DNA of 64,000 bases from Candidatus Poribacteria bacterium (GCA_965209095.1 OZ242381.1:4417784-4481783), one strand, 5' to 3'. Shown: positions 40,501-49,851, counted from the stretch's first letter. The notes: a model not told the origin generated them from the letters alone. A program made the numbers and translations.

Positions 40501-40785
40501 TTAACACCTACATGGTGTTGCATTGCATTTCGGACATCCCTCAACATAAATATTCGCAGCATCTTCAAGTGAAATACCAAGAAGGCTTGCTAAAGTAGAT
40601 AACCAAGCAAACACATCAGCAATCTCTTCCCGCAAACGCTCCTTATCGTGCGGTTCTTTGCGGATCTCCTTTGCTAATTCACCGACCTCTTCAACGAACC
40701 ATGCGAAAGTTAATGGAACACCTCGTTCTGCATCTCTTTTGAAATAGATTGCTTCAATCTGTTGTTGAAATTTTTGAATTGTCAT
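40501..40785 (-). CDS. MazG-like nucleotide pyrophosphohydrolase (small all-alpha NTP-PPase) with C-terminal Cys cluster
   Basis: FAWFVEEVGELAKEIRKEP...REEIADVFAWL is typical of the MazG/HisE-like EExxE/D motif. C-terminal CPKCNATPCRC. RBS GGAGAG upstream. Confidence 0.6.
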   Translation of the reverse strand: MTIQKFQQQIEAIYFKRDAERGVPLTFAWFVEEVGELAKEIRKEPHDKERLREEIADVFAWLSTLASLLGISLEDAANIYVEGCPKCNATPCRC

Positions 40786-40929
40786 ATCTCTCCTTTTCCT
40801 GTATAATAACCCAATCGGTTTTTGAATGTCAATCATAATGTCTACACTATATTCTACCTGAATTGATCATAAAGGTTCATCGGAATTATTCCTATTCATC
40901 TACTATCAGTCTATGTAAAGGAATTACAA

Positions 40930-41325
40930 ATGATGTTGAAACCAACAATAATTAATCAAACAGATCTGGAATGGGAAAGCTGGGAAGACTCAGATGTCGC
41001 TGCAAAAAGTCCTATACGCTGGAAGCTGCTTATCTCAAGTGATCGTTGCCAAAGTGACGGAATCGTCACTGGAATTGCAGAAATACCTCCTAATGCTTCA
41101 CTACTACTGCATCACCATGAACCTGAAGAGACATATTATGTTATCAGTGGTAATGGTTATATGAAGATTGACGATTGCGAAGGACATCTCTGTCCAGGCA
41201 CAGCAGTTTTCATCCCGCCCAATTCAAAGCATACAGTTCGATGCATAGGAGCAGAACCATTGGTCTTCATATTCACTTTTGCTCGCGATTCTTTTGAACA
41301 AATAAACTACATTTTTGACGAATAA
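40930..41325 (+). CDS. Cupin-domain protein
   Basis: HHHEPEETYYVISGNG...GTAVFIPPNSKHTVRC carries the cupin motifs. Confidence 0.6.
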   Translation: MMLKPTIINQTDLEWESWEDSDVAAKSPIRWKLLISSDRCQSDGIVTGIAEIPPNASLLLHHHEPEETYYVISGNGYMKIDDCEGHLCPGTAVFIPPNSKHTVRCIGAEPLVFIFTFARDSFEQINYIFDE

Positions 41326-41370
41326 CCAACACATTATATGTTAATTGGTTTTCATTACTAAGGAAATAGT

Positions 41371-42351
41371 ATGAAGAATTCAGATGGTAAAACTATCGTT
41401 AGCAACGACCAAGCAAGTCTCCACGATATAGGCGATGGTATTACATATTTCGAACTACATGGCAAACTGAACATTATTGAAGATGCAACTTTGGATATTC
41501 TTGATTCTGCATTGGATAAGGTAGAATCTAATTTTTCAGGTATGGTAATAGGCACGAATGCCGCCCATTTTTCTGTCGGACTCAACCTAATACTGTTGTT
41601 GGAACGTGCCAGAAACAACAATTGGGCTGCAATCTCAAAAACTGTTAGAAATCTTCAAAAAGTATATACACGTTTAAGTGCCTCAACAAAACCTGTCGTA
41701 GCAGCAACAAATGGTATGGCTTTAGGAGGTGGATGTGAACTTGCATTTGGAGCAGATGCGGTTTGTGCTTTAAATAACAGTCAGTTTGGGCTTGTTGAAC
41801 AACGCGTGGGACTTATTCCATGTGGTTGTGGTACTACAGAGATGGTATTTCGCAGTTTAGATGGAAAACAGACCTCTACATCAGTTCAGAAGTTAATATC
41901 CCATGTCATTTCTAACTTTGAAACAATTCGTCAAGCAACCGTGTCACAAGATGCAGAAGATGCATTAAAATATGGGTATCTGTGTAGGTCTGACCAGATT
42001 ACCACAAATGCAGACAACCACCACAATGCGGCCAAACAATTAGCACTTTCACTGTGGAACAGTGGTTATCAACCATTGCATCCGCAGCATATATTTGTAT
42101 TAGGTGAGGAAGGATATAGACTAATTGAACTGCACCTTCAACAGATGTATCAAACAGAAACCCTAAACGAATATGAAAAGTATCTTGCTGAGAAATTGGC
42201 GTATGTGTTTTGTGGAGGAATGCTTTCTAAACCCCAGTCCGTTACAAGACAGTATCTACTTGACCTTGAGCACGAGGTATTTCTTGGTCTCTGTGGGGAA
42301 CCAAAAACTCACTCAATGATTGAAACTACACTTAAAAAAGATAAAAAATGA
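41371..42351 (+). CDS. Enoyl-CoA hydratase/isomerase (crotonase) family protein
   Basis: VAATNGMALGGGCELAFGAD matches the oxyanion-hole region. Confidence 0.6.
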   Translation: MKNSDGKTIVSNDQASLHDIGDGITYFELHGKLNIIEDATLDILDSALDKVESNFSGMVIGTNAAHFSVGLNLILLLERARNNNWAAISKTVRNLQKVYTRLSASTKPVVAATNGMALGGGCELAFGADAVCALNNSQFGLVEQRVGLIPCGCGTTEMVFRSLDGKQTSTSVQKLISHVISNFETIRQATVSQDAEDALKYGYLCRSDQITTNADNHHNAAKQLALSLWNSGYQPLHPQHIFVLGEEGYRLIELHLQQMYQTETLNEYEKYLAEKLAYVFCGGMLSKPQSVTRQYLLDLEHEVFLGLCGEPKTHSMIETTLKKDKK

Positions 42352-42374
42352 GAGCAGGAATCCCGTTTACTTAA

Positions 42375-42548
42375 TCTACAGGACTTACGCAGTTTTTCTT
42401 AAAGTCCCACTGATAAGGGGGATTTAGTAAATCAACGCTACAAATGCCATTAAGGCATTTGGCGGGGTTATATCACTAAAATATCATTGAAATAACGACT
42501 TTTAACCCCCCTAATCCCCCTTATCAAGGGGGAATGCGTAAGTCCTGA
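42375..42548. repeat. Nested palindromic intergenic element
   Basis: Outer inverted repeat AGGACTTACGCA/TGCGTAAGTCCT. Middle TGATAAGGGGGATT/AATCCCCCTTATCA. Inner GGGGTTA/TAACCCC. Central palindrome CAAATGCCATTAAGGCATTTG. Confidence 0.5.
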
Positions 42549-42581
42549 TCTATTATGTTTTTTCAATATATGAGGAATGAT

Positions 42582-43643
42582 ATGCAAACACATCTTTATC
42601 TCTCCATTGCAGGAGAAAACAGAATTGCAATTTACACATTTGACATCAACAATGGAGCAATTGAATTACAAGAGAATGTGGAAGTTAGCGGGTCCCCAGG
42701 CCCACTCACACTTTCTCCTTGTAGTAGTTACCTATATGCAGGTCTACGTTCCAGCCGGGAAATCGCCACCTTCAGAATAGATGAGAAAACGAAACAACTG
42801 ACGTTATTACGGACTATCCAACTTGATGCGGATACATGCTACGTCGCAACCGACAACACAGGAAAATACCTGCTGTCTGCATATTATGGTGCAGGGAAAG
42901 TTACCGTTCACACAATTGGTGAAGACAAAACCGTTCGGGGAGAACCGATCCAAACAGTTGAAACTGCACCGCATGCCCACTATATTGAGACAGATGTATC
43001 AAATAGATTTGCCTTTGTGCCACACACCGTGCCACGGAATGCAATCTATCAGTTTCACTTTGATGAATCAACTGGCATGTTGACACAAAATTTCTTCGGT
43101 AATTATAATCCTGACGAACCTGTAGGGCCTCGCCACTATTGCGAACATCCTACCAAACCGATCTTTTACTTCTCAAATGAAAATGGATCAAGTGTATCTG
43201 CCTACAACCTTCAAAAAGGCGGTCCGGATGCCACCATTCCAAAGTCTGGCACACCCGATTATACAGTCCATGATGCTCCCGGTTTACTCTGGGAATTTCA
43301 AACACTTTCCACTCTCCCTGATGATTTTACTGACAACAATACTTGTGCTCAAATACATATTGACCCACATGCCAAGTTTCTATATGTATCAAATCGTGGG
43401 CATGACAGCATAGCGATTTTCTCTATCAATGACGAGAATGGAGAATTGACTGTAGTTGGACATCAACCAACAGAACCCACACCACGTGTTTTCAACATTG
43501 ATGAAACAGGTAACTATCTATTTGTTGGGGGGCAAGGTTCAGGTAAATTGGCTACTTACAGAATCAATCGGGATAGTGGGAAACTTTCTGAAATTGATAC
43601 AATTGAGGTGGGTAAAAATCCTATGTGGGTACTTTTTCTTTAG
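42582..43643 (+). CDS. Lactonase-family 7-bladed beta-propeller protein (6-phosphogluconolactonase-like)
   Basis: Pattern typical of the Lactonase/3-carboxymuconate cyclase family. Start at 42582, with RBS GAGGAA upstream. Confidence 0.55.
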   Translation: MQTHLYLSIAGENRIAIYTFDINNGAIELQENVEVSGSPGPLTLSPCSSYLYAGLRSSREIATFRIDEKTKQLTLLRTIQLDADTCYVATDNTGKYLLSAYYGAGKVTVHTIGEDKTVRGEPIQTVETAPHAHYIETDVSNRFAFVPHTVPRNAIYQFHFDESTGMLTQNFFGNYNPDEPVGPRHYCEHPTKPIFYFSNENGSSVSAYNLQKGGPDATIPKSGTPDYTVHDAPGLLWEFQTLSTLPDDFTDNNTCAQIHIDPHAKFLYVSNRGHDSIAIFSINDENGELTVVGHQPTEPTPRVFNIDETGNYLFVGGQGSGKLATYRINRDSGKLSEIDTIEVGKNPMWVLFL

Positions 43644-43661
43644 TTGTAGGGATATACTATT

Positions 43662-43707
43662 TTGAAATATGAAAATGGGTATGATTATCGGTATCATACC
43701 CATTTCA
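43662..43707. terminator. Bidirectional terminator hairpin
   Basis: AAAATGGGTATGAT-TATCGGT-ATCATACCCATTTT, perfect 14-bp stem. Lies between the convergent lactonase and selW-like genes. Confidence 0.6.
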
Positions 43708-43712
43708 AAAAC

Positions 43713-43943
43713 TTATAACTTATCAATTGCAGTGGAGATCTGGTCTTCAGTAGGGAATTTCCTTTGCTCAAGTTTGGAGAAAAGCAATTCCTCATCAACA
43801 TATACCTCAAATGCTCCACCACTACTTTCCACAAGTTTTACTTTCTTAACCTGACCACTATATTTTTTTTCTAAGGCTTCTGCCAAACTGGCTGCCCGTG
43901 GTTGATAGTTTCAGGATGTGCAATACTCTATTCTAATATCCAT
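43713..43943 (-). CDS. selW: SelW/Rdx-family selenoprotein with in-frame UGA (Sec) in CxxU motif
   Basis: Manual translation gives MDIRIEYCTS-U-NYQPRAASLAEALEKKYSGQVKKVKLVESSGGAFEVYVDEELLFSKLEQRKFPTEDQISTAIDKL*. TGA at 43911-43913. AGGAGG RBS 9 nt upstream of the ATG. A short hairpin GCCAGUUUGGC lies just 3' of the UGA. Not in the ORF track because of the TGA. Confidence 0.75.
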
Positions 43944-44211
43944 CTGGTATTTTTCCTCCTAAATGTACTGAGAATACAACATAATTATACCAGATTCTGT
44001 TGAAATTTGCAAATATCTTGATTTTGTAGGGGTATGTAAGTTTCTGCACAAACTTCCTATTCTCCCTTGTCCTGCTAAATCAACGCCAAATAAGCGTTTG
44101 GCATGCTCCATGATTTATACCGTTGATTTGGATTCCCGACTATCACCGAGTTAAGCCGCGATTCGGAGATCGCTCGGACAGAAGATATGTCTACTTATTT
44201 TCATATTTCAC

Positions 44212-44253
44212 CAAAAATAAAAAGGCAGATACTCATAAAGGATACCTGCATCT
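44212..44253 (-). terminator. Rho-independent terminator (conserved motif, copy 2 of 3)
   Basis: On the minus strand it reads GCAGGTATCC-TTTATGA-GTATCTGCC-TTTTTATTTTT, 3' of 44282..45250. Confidence 0.6.
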
Positions 44254-44281
44254 GCTTACTGTGCTTTTGATTTTGTTTGAT

Positions 44282-45250
44282 CTACTGCTTGAGTGTTCCC
44301 CACACTACTTTTTTTTTGTTTTTGGGGGATACCGGCAACACGTCATTGTCTATCCAATCCGCCATATACTCATTTACAGCAGGTGTGTTTGTCAAGTTCA
44401 CCATTTCACCTGTAACAAGATGATACCGGTAGAGGTCATACTTCACAGCACCCGGATCATCTCTATTCCAACGCTTGCCTGACATCAACAGATATTTTCT
44501 GCCCATAAAACACGCACTATGGATTAGCCAGTCGTCGGGTGTATCTACAACTTTCCGTCTGTTATTTTTTATATTATGAATGACAACTTTTTCTGTATGA
44601 CCATTCCATTCGTCATACAGAACAGATTGGCTATCAACAGACCAGCTCGGAAAATTACGAAAATGTCCACCGACACCTTTGACAAGTTCATGTTGGTTGC
44701 TCCCATCGGCATGCATCAGATGGATTGTGGTATGCCCGTTGATGTTGTCCCGATACGCAATATATTTACCATCAGGTGACCAAGCCACTTCTGCTGTCAA
44801 TGAAACTGTGCGCGTCAGTCGCCGTAACTCCTTTGTTTCGATATTTATCGTCCAGGCATCATTTTGAGCCGTTCCCGGTTTTTTAAGCCGGTCACTTGTG
44901 AATGTGAGGTATTTCCCATCCGGCGACCACGACGGTTTATAATCGCTATGATCTCCCTCGGTAACCTGAAATTCACCAGTGCCATCGCTATTAATAATAT
45001 ATATAGCGAACTTTTGTGGCCACTTCGGTACCCCTGGTGGTCTTCCATAAAAAGCGATCTGCTTCCCGTCCGGAGACCAAACAGGCCACGCGGCACTCCT
45101 CCCGTCTACGCTTTCGACTAACATTTTGACGTTACGCCCGTCATCGTCCATCACATAAATATCTGAGCCAGATTTAAAGACGATCTTTGCGTGCGTGAGT
45201 GTCGGCAACAATAACAACAAGCAACATAAGATGAAACTTTGCGATCGCAT
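44282..45250 (-). CDS. Secreted TolB-like PD40 beta-propeller protein (paralog of 346..1362)
   Basis: Signal peptide. WSPDGKQIAFY, WSPDGKYLTF, WSPDGKYIAY repeats. Confidence 0.7.
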   Translation of the reverse strand: MRSQSFILCCLLLLLPTLTHAKIVFKSGSDIYVMDDDGRNVKMLVESVDGRSAAWPVWSPDGKQIAFYGRPPGVPKWPQKFAIYIINSDGTGEFQVTEGDHSDYKPSWSPDGKYLTFTSDRLKKPGTAQNDAWTINIETKELRRLTRTVSLTAEVAWSPDGKYIAYRDNINGHTTIHLMHADGSNQHELVKGVGGHFRNFPSWSVDSQSVLYDEWNGHTEKVVIHNIKNNRRKVVDTPDDWLIHSACFMGRKYLLMSGKRWNRDDPGAVKYDLYRYHLVTGEMVNLTNTPAVNEYMADWIDNDVLPVSPKNKKKVVWGTLKQ

Positions 45251-45356
45251 GAGTTCCCTCCATTTTTACGGTGTATCCATAGGCACAGTGGGTATACCGT
45301 GCCTATGGTTGTTCTCTATAAAATAAAGCAACACGAACTTCATTACACTTTTATTC

Positions 45357-46298
45357 TTAGTCGTCATACACATCGACAAGGTAGGATATTGTGTAGACAC
45401 TTAAATCCCACCTATAAATATAGGCAGTGATTTTATAGAAAACCCTATCCTGATCCCCTGGATGATTCGGATCATCGACATCATCAGGGAAGCTGGTGGT
45501 CATAGTTGCCTTTCTCGTTACACCATCCCCCCAATCCGCCTCAACGAATGTGCCATAGGCACTTGTATCTCCAGGTGCCTTCACATACCAATAGACTGCA
45601 TGATATAGGATGTCTGTATATACCAGTGACTGCCAACTATCCCGTTCTTCATCGGTTCTTACTGTGCAATCGTCAGAAAAGGTTTCGCCATCCGTTGTCG
45701 GCCCGATACCTTCGAGTTGCTCAACATCATCTTCTGGATCGTGTTCAAATTCAGTTGAGTAAGAAGCCTCCCAAGTTTCTTCCTGATGAAACCCAGTCAC
45801 CCTGAGTGCTATATTAACAGACACCATGTATCTCTCGTTTTTTTCTATAGGTTTTGCATCGCCACTGGGTCTTAGACACTCGACATGTAAGGTAGCGTTT
45901 TTAGAATCGCTGTGGATAACATTCCACCAATTCGTGTCCTCATCATTCTTTTGTACTTGACCATAGATAGGTTCTTCGGTATGAGGAAGATAAGCATTAC
46001 CTTCCAGGTCTAAGATTTCGAGGCGTAACTCACCGTTATAGATTTTCCCTCTCAATTGATCGTAGTTGTGAACATAAAAACTGCCATCAACACTGACAGA
46101 GCCATCACCAGCATTATAATCGAGGCTATCAATAGAAACATAGACCGAAACGCGAGCATTACCATCTTTATCCACTAATTTCGTGGGTGGATGTCCATCT
46201 AAAGCTAACTGAGCGGAAACACAAGGTGTTAGCACCATCCCGAACAGAAGGAAAGATGTTATCGCGAGTGCAATAACTCCCAATTTTATATTATTCAT
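45357..46298 (-). CDS. Secreted hypothetical protein (WYV...GDG domain family)
   Basis: Signal peptide. Carries YWYVKAPGDTSAYGTFVEADWGDG, which is shared with the giant protein (VKWYVKPPADTSDRGSLVETDTGDG). Confidence 0.45.
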   Translation of the reverse strand: MNNIKLGVIALAITSFLLFGMVLTPCVSAQLALDGHPPTKLVDKDGNARVSVYVSIDSLDYNAGDGSVSVDGSFYVHNYDQLRGKIYNGELRLEILDLEGNAYLPHTEEPIYGQVQKNDEDTNWWNVIHSDSKNATLHVECLRPSGDAKPIEKNERYMVSVNIALRVTGFHQEETWEASYSTEFEHDPEDDVEQLEGIGPTTDGETFSDDCTVRTDEERDSWQSLVYTDILYHAVYWYVKAPGDTSAYGTFVEADWGDGVTRKATMTTSFPDDVDDPNHPGDQDRVFYKITAYIYRWDLSVYTISYLVDVYDD

Positions 46299-46530
46299 TT
46301 GAATCTCCTAATATTGACATGCTAAAAGCATATCTAATGATTAATCGGGTTCCCCATCCTTGTTCGGTAGACCTTCCACCAAAGATAATAAAGATTTGGG
46401 GCACCCTGGCGACTAAACCAGAAACTCTCTAAATTAATATTGAGAAGGGGCCCCATCTTGAGGTTTCTGTTTTAGTCGTTAATTATATTGTACACTATAT
46501 TAATTTTTTGTGCAACAACTTTTTTTAGAG

Positions 46531-46786
46531 TTAATCACTTTTATTGTGAATTACTGTTTGGCAGGTTGAAAATAGGTGTGGTAGGGTTGTTATTATTGTG
46601 GAATACGATTTTGATGATTTCTGCTGTAGCGACTTGATGTTTTGTGCGTTCCCCATCTTTGCTCTGCGGGGTTTGAATTGTGAAAGCGCGGACTGATTGA
46701 CACCAAAATGATTTGCGATTTCGGTAATTGTTTCACCGTGATAGTTTCTGTAGACAACTTCTACGAACTCGGATTCAGTTTATACG
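46531..46786 (-). pseudogene. Transposase HTH-domain remnant (no start, no catalytic domain)
   Basis: The reverse complement translates to ESEFVEVVYRNYHGETITEIANHFGVNQSALSQFKPRRAK.... It is preceded by an in-frame stop. Confidence 0.3.
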
Positions 46787-46872
46787 TATTTTCATCACAT
46801 AACGTTATATAGGAAAGTTATTGTTATATGAGGGGTGTTATACCATTTCGCATAAATGAGTGTGTCCAGTTA

Positions 46873-47033
46873 TTGCACAAACTTCCCATTCTCCATTGTA
46901 GTGCAATGTCTCTGTGTCCTGCCATCTCTCAATTCATCTGCTATAGCGGGGCGCAGAGCCCTCGACAAATGCCAAACACGCATTTGGCACTACAATGAGA
47001 AAAGTCCTATCTGTGCAATAACTGGACACACCC
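46873..47033. repeat. Degenerate MITE-family copy F
   Basis: CATTGTAGTGCAATGTCTCTGTGTCCTGCC ... GGCACTACAATG ... ends GGACACACCC. The 5' flank TTGCACAAACTTCCCATTCTCC also occurs at 44055-44080. Confidence 0.45.
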
Positions 47034-47094
47034 ATTTTGTAGCAGGGTTATTTAGTTTTCTGATTTTCTGCTGTATTTGTTACAAATGTTAATG

Positions 47095-47200
47095 AATTTA
47101 GATCGGGTTTCGCTTGTGAAGTCGCCATGGTAGTAGGCATGCTCCGTGTGCTGTCCACACGAAGGATAACGGCACACGGCGTGTGCCTACTACTTTGCAT
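47095..47200. repeat. Long imperfect hairpin
   Basis: GTAGTAGGCATGCTCCGTGTGC ... GCACACGGCGTGTGCCTACTAC. Confidence 0.4.
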
Positions 47201-47340
47201 TGCTACTACATAATCTAATTCATCAATTGACAATTTATAAAACTAAATAACCCTGATTTTGTAGATATCTATACAAATAATGGTGACATTTATATATGTT
47301 TGTGTTATGCTTAACCTAAATTCAAAATTCTAAGGAAATT

Positions 47341-48152
47341 ATGACCGAATTTACAATGGAGGAAATATCAATGAAATTCGTGAGTTATTTTTTCACATTT
47401 ATCCTTTTTGCATTTCTAATGATTGGCTTAACTTTACCAGCATTAAGTCAGGCTGAAAAGGCAGATGATTTGATTGGACATTGGACCTATGAGAAGGGTG
47501 TTGAATTAGAAGACCTTACGGGTCATTTTGGTGATATTGAACTAAAGGGGGCAGAAGTCAAGGATGGAAAACTGCATATTGGGAACAATTTATGGGCATT
47601 AACAACTGGATATAAAGGTCCACAGATTGGACCTGATAAAACTTTAGTTACCTGGCTCTATTGGACGATCTCAACGTCGAAAACGGTGCGACAATCGCAG
47701 TAAATAAGAGTAGCTCGGACACATTTGATGCAATTGTTTATGCTGAAAAGCATGCAAAACATTGGATGGCAGGTAGCAGTTTTTTCAGACGTACACAGGA
47801 CGCACCTCATGGAAAACCTGAGACGGAAACTGGTAAACTGATACAATTGGCAATTTCCTACGAAGATGTCAACAACGAAGCAAAAATCATGATATACCGT
47901 AATGGAGAGATAATTGGAGACTATACAAAAGGTCCAATTAAAACATGGACAGAAGGCGATGTGGAAGCACTCTTCGGACCACGTGCTCTTATTGCTGGAA
48001 CAGCGCACGGTTGGATTGTAGCACGCGTAGAAGATGCACGAATATACAATGCCGTTCTCAGTGAGGATGAGATAAATAGTTTAGAAGCGGATACGCTTGA
48101 TGTTGAAGCCCGTGGTAAACTTGCAACGATCTGGGGAAAGATAAAGAAATAA
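47341..48152 (+). pseudogene. Secreted concanavalin/LamG-like domain protein, interrupted by a 1-nt frameshift near 47655
   Basis: ORF 47341..47703 (signal peptide ...KTLVTWL) continues in the adjacent frame as LDDLNVENGATIAVNK...FDAIVYAEKHAKHWMAGSSFFRRT (ORF 47661..48152). Confidence 0.5.
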
Positions 48153-48169
48153 TTAACGAAATCTCTTAT

Positions 48170-49735
48170 GTGCACATTTATGTGCTCCGATATACTTTAA
48201 GGAATGACTTAATTTTGGACATAGTTGAAACACTCAACTCAGGTAAATACCTTTTCATTAGTGATGAACTAATTGCTTCAAAACAAGGTGTTAAACGAAC
48301 TCTACACCCATGTGTAAAGCATGAAGGACCTGTGCTTGAACCTGACCTAAACAACCCCTGGGAACACGGTGGTCCAGATCAATCCAGACGCGTGCACCTT
48401 TATGGCACTACGATGTTTGATGCAGCCTACGGAAAATACCGCATGTGGTATATGTGTCGTATGGGACCACATTGGCGATTTAAAGCAAATGAGATTCCAT
48501 GTCTATATGTCCCACGCCCTGACAGAAATCCATCAACCTATAGAGGAAAAACACATGACAAATATGGACGCAAGTTTGTTGAGAATGATCGTGGTGACCT
48601 CACATGTTATGCTGAAAGTGTTGATGGACTGACATGGACAAAACCAAATCTCGGTATTTTTGAATTCAACGGTAATTCTAACAATAACATCGTTTGGGAC
48701 TTGCACGGGGCTTGTGTCTTCCGTGATAACGATGAATCGGATTCGCAGAAACGATATAAAATGATCGGTTTCTGCAGACGCTATCGTAATGTGTTCTTTC
48801 TCACATCACCCGATGGCATACGATGGGATGACTCTGAGTATCTTGAACCCGTTGCAGAACGAAACAATGAAGGCTGTTTCAATGTTGTCTATGATAACAA
48901 AACATCTCTGTTCCGAGCTTATGCACTTACTCGTGATACGGATAAAGATGCCCGTCGAATGATAGCATATACAGAAAGTCCTAAGTTAGAAGGACCTTGG
49001 AAACCACTTGAACCGATGTTCAGGGCAACAGAACAGGATGACGAAGTTGGAGCAGAAAGATACGGTGCAGACCGTGCGGAGATACACAACATGTCTGGTT
49101 TCCTTTATGACAACATATATATCGGAATAGCTGGTATATTGTATGTAACAGGTCCAGGTGCAGCGGAGCATGAAATACCTGTTGACGGTCCGATTGATGC
49201 ACAATTGGTCTACAGTCAAGATGGATTCAATTGGGATTATGTGGATTCTGATCGGACACCTATTATCCCGCGTGGCGAAAGCGGTACCTATGACACCGGT
49301 ATGATTATGGGAACAGCTACTCAACCCATCATCAAAGACGATGAAATTCATTGGTATTATACAGGTACAGAACATACACACGGTGCTGCTATGAAGGATA
49401 GACACAAGGCAATTGGTCTTGCAAAATGGCGTTTAGATGGTTTTGCTTCTCTGGATGCAGACGATGGTATAGTTGAAACTGTTCCGCTAAGAATTCCTAA
49501 CGGCAATCTTGAAATCAATGCTGATGCAAGTAAAGGTCAGATTTGTGTTGAGTTGCTGACTACTGATGGGCAAGTTCAACCCAGTTTTTCATTAGATGAC
49601 TGTGTCCCGTTGACAAGTGATGATATTAGACATGCTGTGCAATGGAAATCAGGTAAGTTGGTGAATGCTAAACAACCGCTGCGATTACGTTTCAAATTAA
49701 ATAAGGCACGGTTATATTCCTTCCGTATTCAATAA
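48170..49735 (+). CDS. Beta-propeller glycoside-hydrolase-like protein with Asp-box (BNR) motifs
   Basis: Asp-boxes SVDGLTWTK and SQDGFNWDY. PVLEPDLNNPWEHGG...MWYM resembles five-bladed GH N-terminal regions. C-terminal beta-sandwich. Start uncertain. Confidence 0.4.
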   Translation: MHIYVLRYTLRNDLILDIVETLNSGKYLFISDELIASKQGVKRTLHPCVKHEGPVLEPDLNNPWEHGGPDQSRRVHLYGTTMFDAAYGKYRMWYMCRMGPHWRFKANEIPCLYVPRPDRNPSTYRGKTHDKYGRKFVENDRGDLTCYAESVDGLTWTKPNLGIFEFNGNSNNNIVWDLHGACVFRDNDESDSQKRYKMIGFCRRYRNVFFLTSPDGIRWDDSEYLEPVAERNNEGCFNVVYDNKTSLFRAYALTRDTDKDARRMIAYTESPKLEGPWKPLEPMFRATEQDDEVGAERYGADRAEIHNMSGFLYDNIYIGIAGILYVTGPGAAEHEIPVDGPIDAQLVYSQDGFNWDYVDSDRTPIIPRGESGTYDTGMIMGTATQPIIKDDEIHWYYTGTEHTHGAAMKDRHKAIGLAKWRLDGFASLDADDGIVETVPLRIPNGNLEINADASKGQICVELLTTDGQVQPSFSLDDCVPLTSDDIRHAVQWKSGKLVNAKQPLRLRFKLNKARLYSFRIQ

Positions 49736-49851
49736 TTCCAAAGACTTATCACATATAGTCTATCCATCATTTGTTATAACACCCTATGCCTTTGTTGGAA
49801 AGGTTAGAAACGCTTCCAACAAGACATAGGTAGAAACTTGGTTTATATTCG

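Noticed and set aside
43669-43854. 61-aa plus-strand ORF
   Set aside because: It is antisense to the SelW-like selenoprotein gene, which has far better support (family match, RBS, terminator).
45251-45356. Perfect 10-bp hairpin CCATAGGCAC...GTGCCTATGG as a terminator for gene 45357..46298
   Set aside because: In the mRNA sense it is not followed by a U-run. It may be a stabilising stem-loop or an intercistronic structure within the cassette rather than a terminator.
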